DNA from: Longimicrobiales bacterium
Lineage (GTDB): Bacteria; Gemmatimonadota; Gemmatimonadetes; Longimicrobiales; Gaopeijiaceae
NCBI GenBank assembly: GCA_965203485.1
Contig: OZ241892.1
Coordinates: forward strand, 960,001-1,024,000
DNA length: 64,000 bases
Direction: 5' to 3'
Part shown: piece after piece, positions 30,272 to 41,750 of the stretch
How the letters are laid out: each line of letters opens with the position of its first letter
How positions within the stretch are numbered: the stretch's first letter is position 1
Program-made: the position numbers and the translations under genes
The notes under the pieces: model-generated
The model's database searches: none
What the model saw: only the letters and a program-made list of their open reading frames with translations
Told to the model about the DNA's origin: nothing

Positions 30272-32518
30272 GTGCCGGGCCGCGGGCGAGTTCCGCTCGT
30301 GATCGGCGCTCTCGACGGGGCGCCTGGCCGGCCGTGGCCGGACGGGGCCGTGCACCACGGCGCGCGCGCGCTGGCGCTGCTGGGACTCGCGGCGGCGATC
30401 GCGGCCTTGTTCCCGCCGGAGGCGAGGCACATGGCGGGCCGGTACGAAGCGGGCACCGCCAGCGACCGCGACATCTTGGCCGAGATCGCCTTCTCCGTTC
30501 CCAAGGACCCCGCCGTCCTGCAGGCCGAGCGCGAGGCCGCCGCCGCCGCTGTGATTCCGACGTTCGTCCGCCGGGACGAGGCCGCGGACTCCGCGCTGAC
30601 GGCTCTGGCCCGGTTCTTCGCGGCGGTCGATTCGGCCGCGGCCGACGCGGGGACGGCCGGCATCGGCTCCGTGCTGGCGCGCTCGGGCATCGCCGAGGCG
30701 GGGGCGGCGCACGTGCAGGTCCTCGCGGCGCCGGGAGCCCTGCGGCGCCTTCACGGAGATGCCGCGGAGGCGTTCCGCTCCCTGCTCCCGCGCGGCGTGA
30801 CCAGCCCGCGGGCGGCGTCGGTCGTGTCCGCCGACTCGGTCCGGGTCGTGCGCGGAGGCGACGCCTCCGTGATTCCGCGCGAGTCGATCCTGTCGGCCCG
30901 CGAGTTCTTCGACCGGGCCGTCGCGGAGCGCCCGCCGGGGCCCGAGGCCGATCTGCTGCGCATGATCCTCGCGCATCGCCTGCAGCCCAGTCTGGTCGTC
31001 GACGCGGCCCGCACCGGACGAGAGCGGGACGCGGCCCGGCGGGCGGTGAGCCCGACGCTCGCCGAGGTGGTCGAGGGCGAAGCGGTCGTGCGAGCCTACC
31101 AGCGCATAGGGCGGGCGGAGCTGCAGAGGCTGGCGGCGTACGGCGACGCGTTGCGCCAAGCCGGCTCGAGCGCGGCCGGATCCAGGCTGGGCAGCCTGCT
31201 CGGCGGCACGATCCTCAACGCCCTGTTGCTGGGAGCGTTCGGGCTCGTGACGCTGTACTTCAGGCCCGCCGTCTACCACTCGTTCAGAGCGCTGATGACC
31301 GTGGCCGGGATCTTCGCCGTCTACTTCCTGGCCGCGTTCGTGATCGACCAGCAAGGTCTGCCGCCGTCCGCGTTGCCGGTCGTGTTCGTGGCCATCTCGT
31401 TGGCGGCGCTGTGGGACGGCCGCATGGCCGCGCTGGCGGCCTTCGTGCTCGCGTCGCTTACCGCGCTTCAGGCGCCGTTCGCGGAGACGCACGCGTTCGC
31501 GGTCGTCGCGATCGGCGGCGCGGCGGCGTCGCTGACGGTCAGAACGTTCCGCCGGCTCTCGCAGGTCTGGCTGTACATCGCCCTGATCTCGGCGGCCTGC
31601 GCGGCCGCCATCCTCGGGTTGCGGTTGCGGGGCGCCGAGTTCGCCTGGGGCGCCTACCTCGCGGGCGCGCTCGGAAGCGCGATGATCGGCGCGATCCTCT
31701 CCGTCGGCTTTCTCCCGGTGTTCGAGTGGCTGACCGGGATCACGACGGACCCGACGCTCATAGGCTGGGCCGACCCGAACCGGCCGCTCATGCGCCGCCT
31801 TGCCGAACGCGCGCCCGGCACCTTCGCCCACTCGATGCAGGTGGCCGCCTTGGCCGAGGCGGGCGCCGGCGCGGTCGGGGCTCGCGAGCTGCTCTGCCGG
31901 GCCGGCGCGTACTACCACGACGTGGGCAAGCTCGTCCACCCCGAGCACTTCATCGAGAACCAGCAGGGCGCCAATCCCCACGACGCCATGGACCCGTCCG
32001 AGTCCGCCGCCGTCGTTCGCGCCCACGTGACCAACGGCGTCAAGCTGGCGCGGCGCCACCGGCTGCCCAAGCTCGTGGCGCGATTCGTCGCGGAGCACCA
32101 CGGCGACATGCCGATAGGCTCGTTCCTGCAACGGGCGCGCGACAAGGCGGAGGCCGAGAGCGCCGATCCCCCCGATGCGGACGCGTTCCACTACCCCGGG
32201 CCTCGTCCGCAGAGCCGGGAGACGGCGATCGTCTTGCTGGCCGACGCGGCCGAATCGGCGGTCCGCGCAATGGAGCGTCCCGACGAAGCGCGCATCGAAC
32301 GCCTCGTCGACCGCATCTTCGCCGACCGGCTTGACCAAGGCCAGCTGGACGAATCCGGCCTCACTCTGCGCGACGTCTCCAACCTCAAGGAACGCTTCGT
32401 CGCCGCGCTGGCCGGCGCCTACCACCGCCGGGTGGGCTACCCGGCCACCCGCCAGCTCACGGAAGCCTCGGACCCCGAGCCGGCCGACCCCCCGCCGTAC
32501 AAGGATGCGCCGGCGTGA
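30272..32518 (+). CDS. 7TM-HD (HDIG) membrane phosphohydrolase, PgpH-like
   Basis: Extracellular domain, multiple TM helices, APGTFAHS, YYHDVGK, EHHG, YPGPRPQSRE, LADAAE; phoH-HD-ybeY synteny. Confidence 0.9.
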   Translation: MPGRGRVPLVIGALDGAPGRPWPDGAVHHGARALALLGLAAAIAALFPPEARHMAGRYEAGTASDRDILAEIAFSVPKDPAVLQAEREAAAAAVIPTFVRRDEAADSALTALARFFAAVDSAAADAGTAGIGSVLARSGIAEAGAAHVQVLAAPGALRRLHGDAAEAFRSLLPRGVTSPRAASVVSADSVRVVRGGDASVIPRESILSAREFFDRAVAERPPGPEADLLRMILAHRLQPSLVVDAARTGRERDAARRAVSPTLAEVVEGEAVVRAYQRIGRAELQRLAAYGDALRQAGSSAAGSRLGSLLGGTILNALLLGAFGLVTLYFRPAVYHSFRALMTVAGIFAVYFLAAFVIDQQGLPPSALPVVFVAISLAALWDGRMAALAAFVLASLTALQAPFAETHAFAVVAIGGAAASLTVRTFRRLSQVWLYIALISAACAAAILGLRLRGAEFAWGAYLAGALGSAMIGAILSVGFLPVFEWLTGITTDPTLIGWADPNRPLMRRLAERAPGTFAHSMQVAALAEAGAGAVGARELLCRAGAYYHDVGKLVHPEHFIENQQGANPHDAMDPSESAAVVRAHVTNGVKLARRHRLPKLVARFVAEHHGDMPIGSFLQRARDKAEAESADPPDADAFHYPGPRPQSRETAIVLLADAAESAVRAMERPDEARIERLVDRIFADRLDQGQLDESGLTLRDVSNLKERFVAALAGAYHRRVGYPATRQLTEASDPEPADPPPYKDAPA

Positions 32519-32961
32519 TCGCCGTCCACGTCAACGTCGGCGACCGCCGGGACGTGCCCAGCGATCTCGTCGAGAGGGCGCTCCGCGAGACGCTTGCCCG
32601 CGAGGGCGTCGGCCGCGCCGAGCTGTCGGTCACCTTTCTGAGCGATGGGGCCATGGCGCGAATGCATGCCGAGAGCCTTGGGCGCTCCGGCCCGGCCGAC
32701 GTCCTCTCGTTCGCCTTGCACGAGCCCGGGGAGCAGCCGCTGGGCGACATCTACGTGGGCGCCGACCAAGCGGTTCGGCAGGCGGAGGAGGCGGGCGTCG
32801 GCGCAAGCGAGGAGATGGCGCGCTTGGCCGTGCACGGCGCTCTGCATGTCCTCGGCTACGACCATCCCGATGGACCGGAGCGGACGGCGAGCGAGATGTT
32901 CCGGGTGCAGGAGGAAGTGCTTGCCTGCGTGTCCGTGCCCGGCAGGCAGGGCGCCGCATGA
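32515..32961 (+). CDS. ybeY: rRNA maturation endoribonuclease YbeY
   Basis: DVLSF, LGDIYV, VHGALHVLGYDH. Confidence 0.94.
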   Translation: MIAVHVNVGDRRDVPSDLVERALRETLAREGVGRAELSVTFLSDGAMARMHAESLGRSGPADVLSFALHEPGEQPLGDIYVGADQAVRQAEEAGVGASEEMARLAVHGALHVLGYDHPDGPERTASEMFRVQEEVLACVSVPGRQGAA

Positions 32962-34322
32962 CTCCCGATCTCGCCCCGGGACGCCGGGGACCTCCAGCGG
33001 CGGAGGAGCTGCTGGCGCTGGCCGAGACCGGCGACTTCGAACGCTTCGCGGAGCTGGCGGGCGCTCTTCACGCGTCCGACGTCGCCGACCTGGTGGCGTC
33101 GTTGCCCCGCGACGGACGGCTCCGCGTCCTGCAGGCGCTCCCCACGGAGGCGGCGTCGGAGACGCTGGCCGAGATGGAGGAAGACGAGGACCGCGCCGAG
33201 CTGCTGCTGGCCCTCGATTCGGCCAGGAGCGCGGAGCTGGTCCGGGAGCTGGCCGACGACGACGCCGCCGACCTGGTGGGCGAGCTCGAGCCCGAGGACC
33301 GCGCCCGCCTGCTCGCGGCGTTGCCGAGCCGGGAGGCGGACGAGATCCGCGACCTGCTGCGCTTCGGCGAGAACACCGCCGGCGGGCTGATGACCACGGC
33401 GCTGGTCTCCGTCGCCTCCGACTCGACGGCCAGCCACGCCGTCGGCGAACTCCGGCGCAGGGGCCGCAACGTGGACGACCTCTACACCGTCTTCGTCGTG
33501 GACGAAACCGGACGGCTCGAAGGCACGATTCCGCTGGACGCGCTGATCCTGGCCGATCCGGCCGATCCCGTGGCGTCGCTGGCCGAACCCTCGGGCGCGA
33601 CGGTCCGCCCCAGCACGGACCAGGAGGAAGTCGGGCGCTTCATGGCGCGCTACAACTTGGCCGACGTGCCGGTGGTCGACGCGTCCGGCGTGCTCCTGGG
33701 CCGCATCACCTTCGACGACGTCGCGGACGTGATGGAGGCGGAGACGACGGAAGACATCCTGAAGCTGGCCGGCCTGTCCGACGACGAAGAGCTCAAGGCC
33801 GGATGGCGGGACGCCGTCCGCACCCGGTTGCCTTGGCTGCTTCTCAACTTGGCGACGGCCGTCGTGGCGGCTTCGGTGATCCTCCGGTACAAGGACATCG
33901 TCGAGAGCGTCGCGTTCCTCGCGTTCCTGATGCCCGTCGTCGCCGCCCTGGGCGGCAACACCGGCACGCAGGCGCTGGCCGTCACCATCCGGCGCATCGC
34001 CGTGGGGGAAGGCTTGCGCCCGAAGCGGATCGGCGCAGTGGGCAAGGAACTCCTGGTCGGCCTCCTGAACGGCCTGGTCCTGGGACTCTGCTTCGCCCTG
34101 TTCGCCTACGCCGTGGACGGGAACCCGCGCATGGGCGTCGTCGTCCTGCTGGCGATGTGGTGCAACATCGTGGTGGCGGGCTTCGCCGGAGCGCTGATCC
34201 CCACCGTGCTGGACCGTCTGGGCGTGGACCCGGCCGTGGCGTCCTCCGTGTTCGTCCATACCCTGACCGACCTGGTGGGCTTCACGATGGTCCTCGGCCT
34301 CGCCGCGGCGCTCCTGGCATGA
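32958..34322 (+). CDS. mgtE: Magnesium transporter MgtE
   Basis: N-domain DDAADL, TAGGLMTT, CBS pair, RLPWL, GGNTGTQ, DPAVAS..V.TLTD. Confidence 0.94.
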   Translation: MTPDLAPGRRGPPAAEELLALAETGDFERFAELAGALHASDVADLVASLPRDGRLRVLQALPTEAASETLAEMEEDEDRAELLLALDSARSAELVRELADDDAADLVGELEPEDRARLLAALPSREADEIRDLLRFGENTAGGLMTTALVSVASDSTASHAVGELRRRGRNVDDLYTVFVVDETGRLEGTIPLDALILADPADPVASLAEPSGATVRPSTDQEEVGRFMARYNLADVPVVDASGVLLGRITFDDVADVMEAETTEDILKLAGLSDDEELKAGWRDAVRTRLPWLLLNLATAVVAASVILRYKDIVESVAFLAFLMPVVAALGGNTGTQALAVTIRRIAVGEGLRPKRIGAVGKELLVGLLNGLVLGLCFALFAYAVDGNPRMGVVVLLAMWCNIVVAGFAGALIPTVLDRLGVDPAVASSVFVHTLTDLVGFTMVLGLAAALLA

Positions 34323-34332
34323 CGCGCGCGTC

Positions 34333-35427
34333 GTGAATCGCGAAGACCGGATCGACAAGCTTGCGAGGGACTTCCAGGCGGGCAGGCGCCCCGCGCTGGC
34401 GCGCGCCATCTCCATGGTCGAGGCCAGCCGGCCCGACGTGGGCGACCTGCTGGACCGCCTGCTTCCCGCGCGCCGCCGTGCCCGGCGGTTCGGGCTGACC
34501 GGACCCCCCGGAGCCGGCAAGTCCAGCTTGGCCGCGGGCCTTGCGGCCCTGTTGCGGGAGCGCGGCGAGGACGTCGCCATCGTGGCCGTCGATCCGACTT
34601 CGCCGTTCTCGGGCGGCGCGCTGCTGGGAGACCGCATCCGGCTCAACGACCTCGGCGCCGACCCGGGCGTCTTCATCCGCTCGATGGCGACGCGGGGCTC
34701 GCTGGGCGGCTTGGCCGTGGCCACTCGCGACGTGCTCGACCTGCTGGACGCCTTCGGCTTCGCAAACATCCTCGTGGAGACGGTGGGAGTGGGCCAGACC
34801 GAGCTGGAGGTGGCCGGTGCCGTGGATTCGATCGCCGTCGTGCTGGTGCCCGAGTCGGGCGACAGTGTCCAGGCCATGAAAGCCGGCCTCATGGAGATCG
34901 CCGACTTGTTCGTGGTCAACAAGGCCGACCGGCCCGGCGCCGGCCGCTTGGCGCGCGACATAGAGCAGGCGATGCACCTGAAGGCGGGACGCGCCGCCGC
35001 CGCCGTGCCCGCCCATCACGGCGTGGACCTGTCCGCCCGCCCGCAACGTACCGGAGAGCGGGACGCAGTGGACGCCGAGCACGCGAGTTCGGCCGGCGCA
35101 AGCCGTCCCGAGGCTTGGGAGCCGCCCGTCCTGGAGACGTCCGCCGGACGCGGCGAGGGGATTGAGCCGTTGCTGGACGGCTTCCTCGCCCACCGGCGCC
35201 ATCTCGAGGCCGTGGGCGACCTGGAAGACCGGCGCCAAGCCCGCGCCCGCGCTCAGGTGCGCGCCCTCGTCGCGGCCCGGCTGGCCGAACGCGCCGACCG
35301 CTTCCAGGCGTCGTCGAAGGACCTGTCTCGCTGGGTTCCGGAGGTGGCGGCGGGCCGCGCGACGGTGCACGGAGTGGCCGCCGTGCTTGTCGATGCCGTG
35401 TTGAGCCGGGCGGAGCCGGAGTCCTGA
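34333..35427 (+). CDS. meaB: MeaB/ArgK GTPase chaperone of B12-dependent mutases
   Basis: GPPGAGKSS, AVDPTSPFSGGALLGDRIR, FIRSMATRGSLGG, ETVGVGQ, VNKAD. Confidence 0.94.
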   Translation: MNREDRIDKLARDFQAGRRPALARAISMVEASRPDVGDLLDRLLPARRRARRFGLTGPPGAGKSSLAAGLAALLRERGEDVAIVAVDPTSPFSGGALLGDRIRLNDLGADPGVFIRSMATRGSLGGLAVATRDVLDLLDAFGFANILVETVGVGQTELEVAGAVDSIAVVLVPESGDSVQAMKAGLMEIADLFVVNKADRPGAGRLARDIEQAMHLKAGRAAAAVPAHHGVDLSARPQRTGERDAVDAEHASSAGASRPEAWEPPVLETSAGRGEGIEPLLDGFLAHRRHLEAVGDLEDRRQARARAQVRALVAARLAERADRFQASSKDLSRWVPEVAAGRATVHGVAAVLVDAVLSRAEPES

Positions 35428-35694
35428 CCCGCGCTCCGAGCCCCCACGACCGTGACCGCAACCCCACGGCCGGTCCGAGCGTGCTCCGCCTGCGGAATCC
35501 GCCGGGGTGTCCCAACAGAGCGGCCGACTGTCCACCACGCGGGACACCGCCACCGGCGCCAGCGAGAACGCGCGAAGACGAAATCGTTGATGGGAAGGCG
35601 CTTGCGCGTCGTCCGTCCGCTGGCACGGTTCTTGCGCTATCCTGGCTACGCTTGATCGAGTTCACTCACATGTCATGATGAGAAGGGGTGGACG

Positions 35695-36690
35695 GTGAAG
35701 ACGACTCGCATGGTTCTGAGCGCGCTTCTCCTGGCCACCGCCTGTCAAGACGCATCGCGGCCAACGACCCCGGAAATCGACGAGGCCCTGGAGGCGATCG
35801 GCCAGACCGGTTCGCCCCGTCGCGGCGGCTTGATGGTGACCGCGTTCTACTCGGACGCCGAGGCGGCCGTCCATATGCTTCGGCACACGGAGACCTTGCT
35901 TGCCGAGCACGCCTGGATCCAACGCCAAGCTGACTCTCGAGGCATCACGGTCGACTCGGTTCGTCGCAAGCTCAAGAGCTGGCTTGCCAACAACGAGAAG
36001 TACTTGGCGGAGCGAGCGACGGCAGTTGGCATGACTCCGACGGGTTACCGTCAAGCCGTGGAACGGAAGATGAAGCGCATGCAGCTGGCGGAGGGCTACG
36101 ACTTTCTCCTTCCGTCGGAGTCTCCGTCCGAGGAAGGAGCGCCCGCCCAGCGCGTAGTACCGGCTTGCGAGTGGGGACCCAGGTTCTTGAGCGCGCACTC
36201 GACAGCCCTCGTCGTCGTGCGAGGAGACCGGGTGACCAGTGCATTCACGGCTGATCACTACACGGACCGGCCTGCCGACCATGATATCGACTTGACTTGG
36301 AACCACGATCAAGGGCCAGGCCCACGCGGGGGGCGCGCGTCCCCGTCGCGGCGGCAACTCTCCATCTGCCGCAACTACGCGTCGGCGGGGCACGCAGTCA
36401 CGTGGGACAGATGCGACGTGAACAGTCCTGCGACGGCGACAGCGCGCGGCCTTCACGTCACGTCCGATCTCAGATACGGCGGAAATACGTTTACCACCCG
36501 AGCATCGTCGGACTCCGATCGTGCTTCCGTCAGTCGCCGGGGGTGCGGCGGTGGAGGGAGCGGGACCGAGGGTTCGCCACCCTACGTGCGCGATGTCCTC
36601 TGTGATTCCGGGTACCGCACAAGCACGGGCGACTGTTGCGACAGCATGGTAGTAATCGACGGCGCTCCATGGTGCGTGGTAGTTCGCTAG
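35695..36690 (+). CDS. Hypothetical lipoprotein with Cys-rich C-terminus
   Basis: Lipoprotein signal MKTTRMVLSALLLATA-C; RBS AAGGGG upstream; visibly lower GC than neighbours. Confidence 0.65.
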   Translation: MKTTRMVLSALLLATACQDASRPTTPEIDEALEAIGQTGSPRRGGLMVTAFYSDAEAAVHMLRHTETLLAEHAWIQRQADSRGITVDSVRRKLKSWLANNEKYLAERATAVGMTPTGYRQAVERKMKRMQLAEGYDFLLPSESPSEEGAPAQRVVPACEWGPRFLSAHSTALVVVRGDRVTSAFTADHYTDRPADHDIDLTWNHDQGPGPRGGRASPSRRQLSICRNYASAGHAVTWDRCDVNSPATATARGLHVTSDLRYGGNTFTTRASSDSDRASVSRRGCGGGGSGTEGSPPYVRDVLCDSGYRTSTGDCCDSMVVIDGAPWCVVVR

Positions 36691-36731
36691 ACCCGGGCCC
36701 AGACAGCGCTTCCAGGCGCGAGCCGCGCGCC

Positions 36732-37904
36732 ATGTCGCGCCGGGCCGCTTGGACTCTGGCCTTGCTGGTCGCGGCGGCATTTCCGGTTGCGGGGCAAGAG
36801 CATGTCGCGGGACGGCTCGTCGAGGCGTCCACCGGCGATCCGGTGGCCGACGCGATGGTCGCCTTGCTGGACGGCCGAGGACTTGAACGAGACCGCAGGC
36901 TCAGCAGTGCGTCGGGACGGTTCCGACTCTCGCCGGCCGGGCCGCCGCCGTTCACGCTCGTCGTCGAGCCGATCGGCTTTCGCCGCCACGAACTGTCCTT
37001 GGATCTTCCCGGACGCGGCTTGGTCGTGCGTTTGACCGCGGAGGCGATCGAACTGCCGCCAGTGCTGGTCGTGGGCGAGCGGGCTTGCTCGATTTCCTCC
37101 CAGCCGCCCAGCAAGTCTGTTGTCGCCGCCTGGGACTTGGTGCGGGCCACGCTGGCGAGGACTACGCTTGCCGGATCGTCGCAGGGCGTTGGCGCCGAGA
37201 AGACGTACGACGTGACGACCTACGAGGGCGAAATGGATCCGGCCCTGAATTTTCGGCGCTTCGAGGCCGACACGTTGCCCGAACTGGAAGGACCGCCGTT
37301 CGCCTTCGTGGATTCGGCGGCGCTGGCCGAGACCGGCTGGTCCGAAGAACTCGAGGGGCGCCGAGTTCGCTACGTCGCCCCGTCGCCCGGACTCCTGCTG
37401 ACCGCTTGGTTCCAGTCGAACCACTGCTTTGCGCTCGAGGCGGTCACGCCCGACACGCTCCAGCTCCGCTTTCGCTCGGCGTCCGAGTTGCCGGGCGGCG
37501 GGATCGAAGGGGCCTTCGTCGTGAGCCGACTGCCGGCCCGGGTCGCAAGAGTGGAGTTTCGTCATCTCGCGGCAGGACCGCCTGCGCCGGAGCAGGGCGG
37601 AGAAATCGTTTTGGCGCACGCCGCGGACGGGTCCTGGTACGTGCGGGAATGGTGGATGCGGACGCCGGTCTTCAAGTCTCGTCCCACCAGCGTCGCGGGG
37701 CCGCTTGGACGGGCGCTGGGCCGGTGGCGACACGAACTGGTCGGGTACGAGGTTCGCGGCGGCATCGCGACGCGCCGGCCGCCCGGCAAATTGCGTCGGC
37801 TCGTGACGGCCGAGACCGCAGGTTCCACTGTGGCGCCTGGACTTGACGGGAGCGCCTCGCCGCGCCTAGCCTCAGGTCCGAAGAAGGCGTACGGACGGCC
37901 CTAG
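36732..37904 (+). CDS. Secreted protein with N-terminal carboxypeptidase-regulatory-like (CarboxypepD_reg) domain
   Basis: Signal peptide ending VAG-Q; GRLVEASTGDPVADAMVAL...SGRFRL...IGF...AIELPPVLV pattern. Confidence 0.7.
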   Translation: MSRRAAWTLALLVAAAFPVAGQEHVAGRLVEASTGDPVADAMVALLDGRGLERDRRLSSASGRFRLSPAGPPPFTLVVEPIGFRRHELSLDLPGRGLVVRLTAEAIELPPVLVVGERACSISSQPPSKSVVAAWDLVRATLARTTLAGSSQGVGAEKTYDVTTYEGEMDPALNFRRFEADTLPELEGPPFAFVDSAALAETGWSEELEGRRVRYVAPSPGLLLTAWFQSNHCFALEAVTPDTLQLRFRSASELPGGGIEGAFVVSRLPARVARVEFRHLAAGPPAPEQGGEIVLAHAADGSWYVREWWMRTPVFKSRPTSVAGPLGRALGRWRHELVGYEVRGGIATRRPPGKLRRLVTAETAGSTVAPGLDGSASPRLASGPKKAYGRP

Positions 37905-37953
37905 GCGGCCGTTCCAAAGATTGTCGGCGCCCGCAGGTTGCGGAGAACCGTCC

Positions 37954-39732
<1,779 letters not shown>

Positions 39733-39934
39733 GGCTCCGGCCCCCGGAGGGTCCGTGGCCGCCATTGCCGGTGTTTAGGCGCCCGCCGGGAGCCCGTGCT
39801 TCTGGGTCCGCTTGTTCCAATTACAGCTCCGAATCTTGAATAAGGCGGCTCCTTATTCCGTATAGACCAACAAAAACGGAATAAGAAACGAAGGCCGGGC
39901 CCGATCCGCGCCCGGCGTCCGTCGGCCGCCCCGA

Positions 39935-39963
39935 TTGACACCCGGCCAGTCCCCGGCGAAACT
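39935..39963 (+). promoter_or_regulatory. Putative sigma70 promoter for the secD operon
   Basis: TTGACA-17 nt-GAAACT. Confidence 0.5.
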
Positions 39964-40069
39964 TGAAGCCGGCATTTCCAGACGGCGCCCGCCGTCGGCT
40001 CCGCATCCAAGGCGCGGCCCCGGCGGCGGGATGGTCGCCGTCTCTTCCACCGGGGGTGTTTCCGACAAC

Positions 40070-41737
40070 ATGCTCAAGTCGTTTCGCGGGCGCGTGATCG
40101 TCATCCTGGCCGCCCTTGGCGTGGCCGGGTACTCGCTGTGGCAGCGGGGCCTCAAGCAGGGCCTCGACCTTCAGGGCGGCATGCACCTCGTCCTCGAGGT
40201 GGACGACCCCGACGGCGCCATGACGCCCGAGCGGCGCGAGGACGCGATCGACCGGGCCGAGCGCATCCTGCGGACCCGGATCGACCAGTTCGGCGTGGAG
40301 GAGCCGCTCATTCAGAAAGTCGGCAGCGACCGGCTGATCGTGGAACTGGCCGGGATCGACGACGAGTCGCGGGCCAAGGAGATCATCAACCAGCAGGCGT
40401 TCCTGGAATGGAAGCTGGTGTTGCCGACGACCGACGTGCACGACGCGCTGGAGCGCCTGGACCGCGCCGTCGTGGCCGCGATCGGCGAAGAGGGACTGCG
40501 CGAGATGGGGCGCGCCACGGAAGCGTCGGAGCCGGCTGGATCGATCGGCGACCTGCTGTTCGGAACGGCCGACTCCGCGAGCGCCGATTCGGCGGCGGCC
40601 GGCGAAGCCGAGACGCCGGAGGCCGGTCCCGCCCGGTCGGCCGACTCCGTGCAAGCCGAAGCCGCCGAGGACGCGGCCGCCCTCGACTTCCGGCCCTTCA
40701 CCGGACTGCTCAAGCAGGGAGGCGTGGGCAACTACCTGATCGACGCCGACGACGTCGAGACCGCCGCCGAGTTCATGGCGCTCGACGAGTTCCAGCGGGC
40801 GATGCCCCGCGACGTGTCGCTCCAGTGGGGATGGGACGACTCCCTCGGGATCGGCGGCCGCTTCTACCGCGAACTCTACGTCCTGGAGGAAGACGCCTTC
40901 CTGACGGGCGACCAGCTGGAGGACGCCACGGCGAGCCGCGACCCGCAGACCAACTTGGCCCAGGTGATCTTCGAGCTGAACCGCCGCGGCGGGCGCGACT
41001 TCCAGCGTCTCACCAGCGCCCACATCGGCGACCCGATCGCCATCGTGCTGGACGGCGAGGTGGTGAGCGCGCCGGTCGTCCGCGACCGCATCGGCGCCAA
41101 CGGCTCGATCGACCTGGGCACCGCCGACATGGCCGAAGCGGTGGACCTCGCGCTGGTCCTGCGGGCCGGTGCGCTACCGGCGCCGCTCCGCATCATGGAA
41201 GAGCGCACCGTGGGCCCCTCGCTGGGCCAGGACTCGATCGACAAGGGCCGCGTGGCCGGGATCGTCGGCGTGATCGCCGTGCTGGCGATCATGGTGCTGT
41301 ACTACCGCGTCGCGGGCTCGCTGGCGATCGTCGCGCTGGGCGCCTACCTGCTGCTCGTGATGGGCGGCCTCTCGGCGATGGACGCGACGCTGACGTTGCC
41401 GGGGATCGCCGGCCTCATCCTGTCGGTCGGGATGGCGGTGGACGCCAACGTCCTCATCTTCGAGCGAATACGCGAGGAGCTGGAGGCCGGCCGGGCGGTC
41501 AAGGCGGCGGTCGAGGACGGCTTCGGCAACGCCGTGTCGGCCATTGTGGACGCAAACATCACCACTCTCATCACCGGCATGATCCTCTTCCAGTTCGGCA
41601 CGCAGTCCGTGCGCGGCTTCGCCGTCACGCTTTGCATCGGCATCGTCGCCTCGTTCTTCTCGGCGCTGTACGTGACGCGCACGCTGTTTCTGCTCTACTT
41701 GACGAACAAGCGCGCCCAGCAGCGCGTGAGCATCTAG
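40070..41737 (+). CDS. secD: Protein translocase subunit SecD
   Basis: GLDLQGG, RIDQFGVEEP, AIVLDG, LRAGALPAP, VGPSLG, AVDANVLIFERIREE. Confidence 0.96.
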   Translation: MLKSFRGRVIVILAALGVAGYSLWQRGLKQGLDLQGGMHLVLEVDDPDGAMTPERREDAIDRAERILRTRIDQFGVEEPLIQKVGSDRLIVELAGIDDESRAKEIINQQAFLEWKLVLPTTDVHDALERLDRAVVAAIGEEGLREMGRATEASEPAGSIGDLLFGTADSASADSAAAGEAETPEAGPARSADSVQAEAAEDAAALDFRPFTGLLKQGGVGNYLIDADDVETAAEFMALDEFQRAMPRDVSLQWGWDDSLGIGGRFYRELYVLEEDAFLTGDQLEDATASRDPQTNLAQVIFELNRRGGRDFQRLTSAHIGDPIAIVLDGEVVSAPVVRDRIGANGSIDLGTADMAEAVDLALVLRAGALPAPLRIMEERTVGPSLGQDSIDKGRVAGIVGVIAVLAIMVLYYRVAGSLAIVALGAYLLLVMGGLSAMDATLTLPGIAGLILSVGMAVDANVLIFERIREELEAGRAVKAAVEDGFGNAVSAIVDANITTLITGMILFQFGTQSVRGFAVTLCIGIVASFFSALYVTRTLFLLYLTNKRAQQRVSI

Positions 41738-41750
41738 GAGCGCGCCGTCG

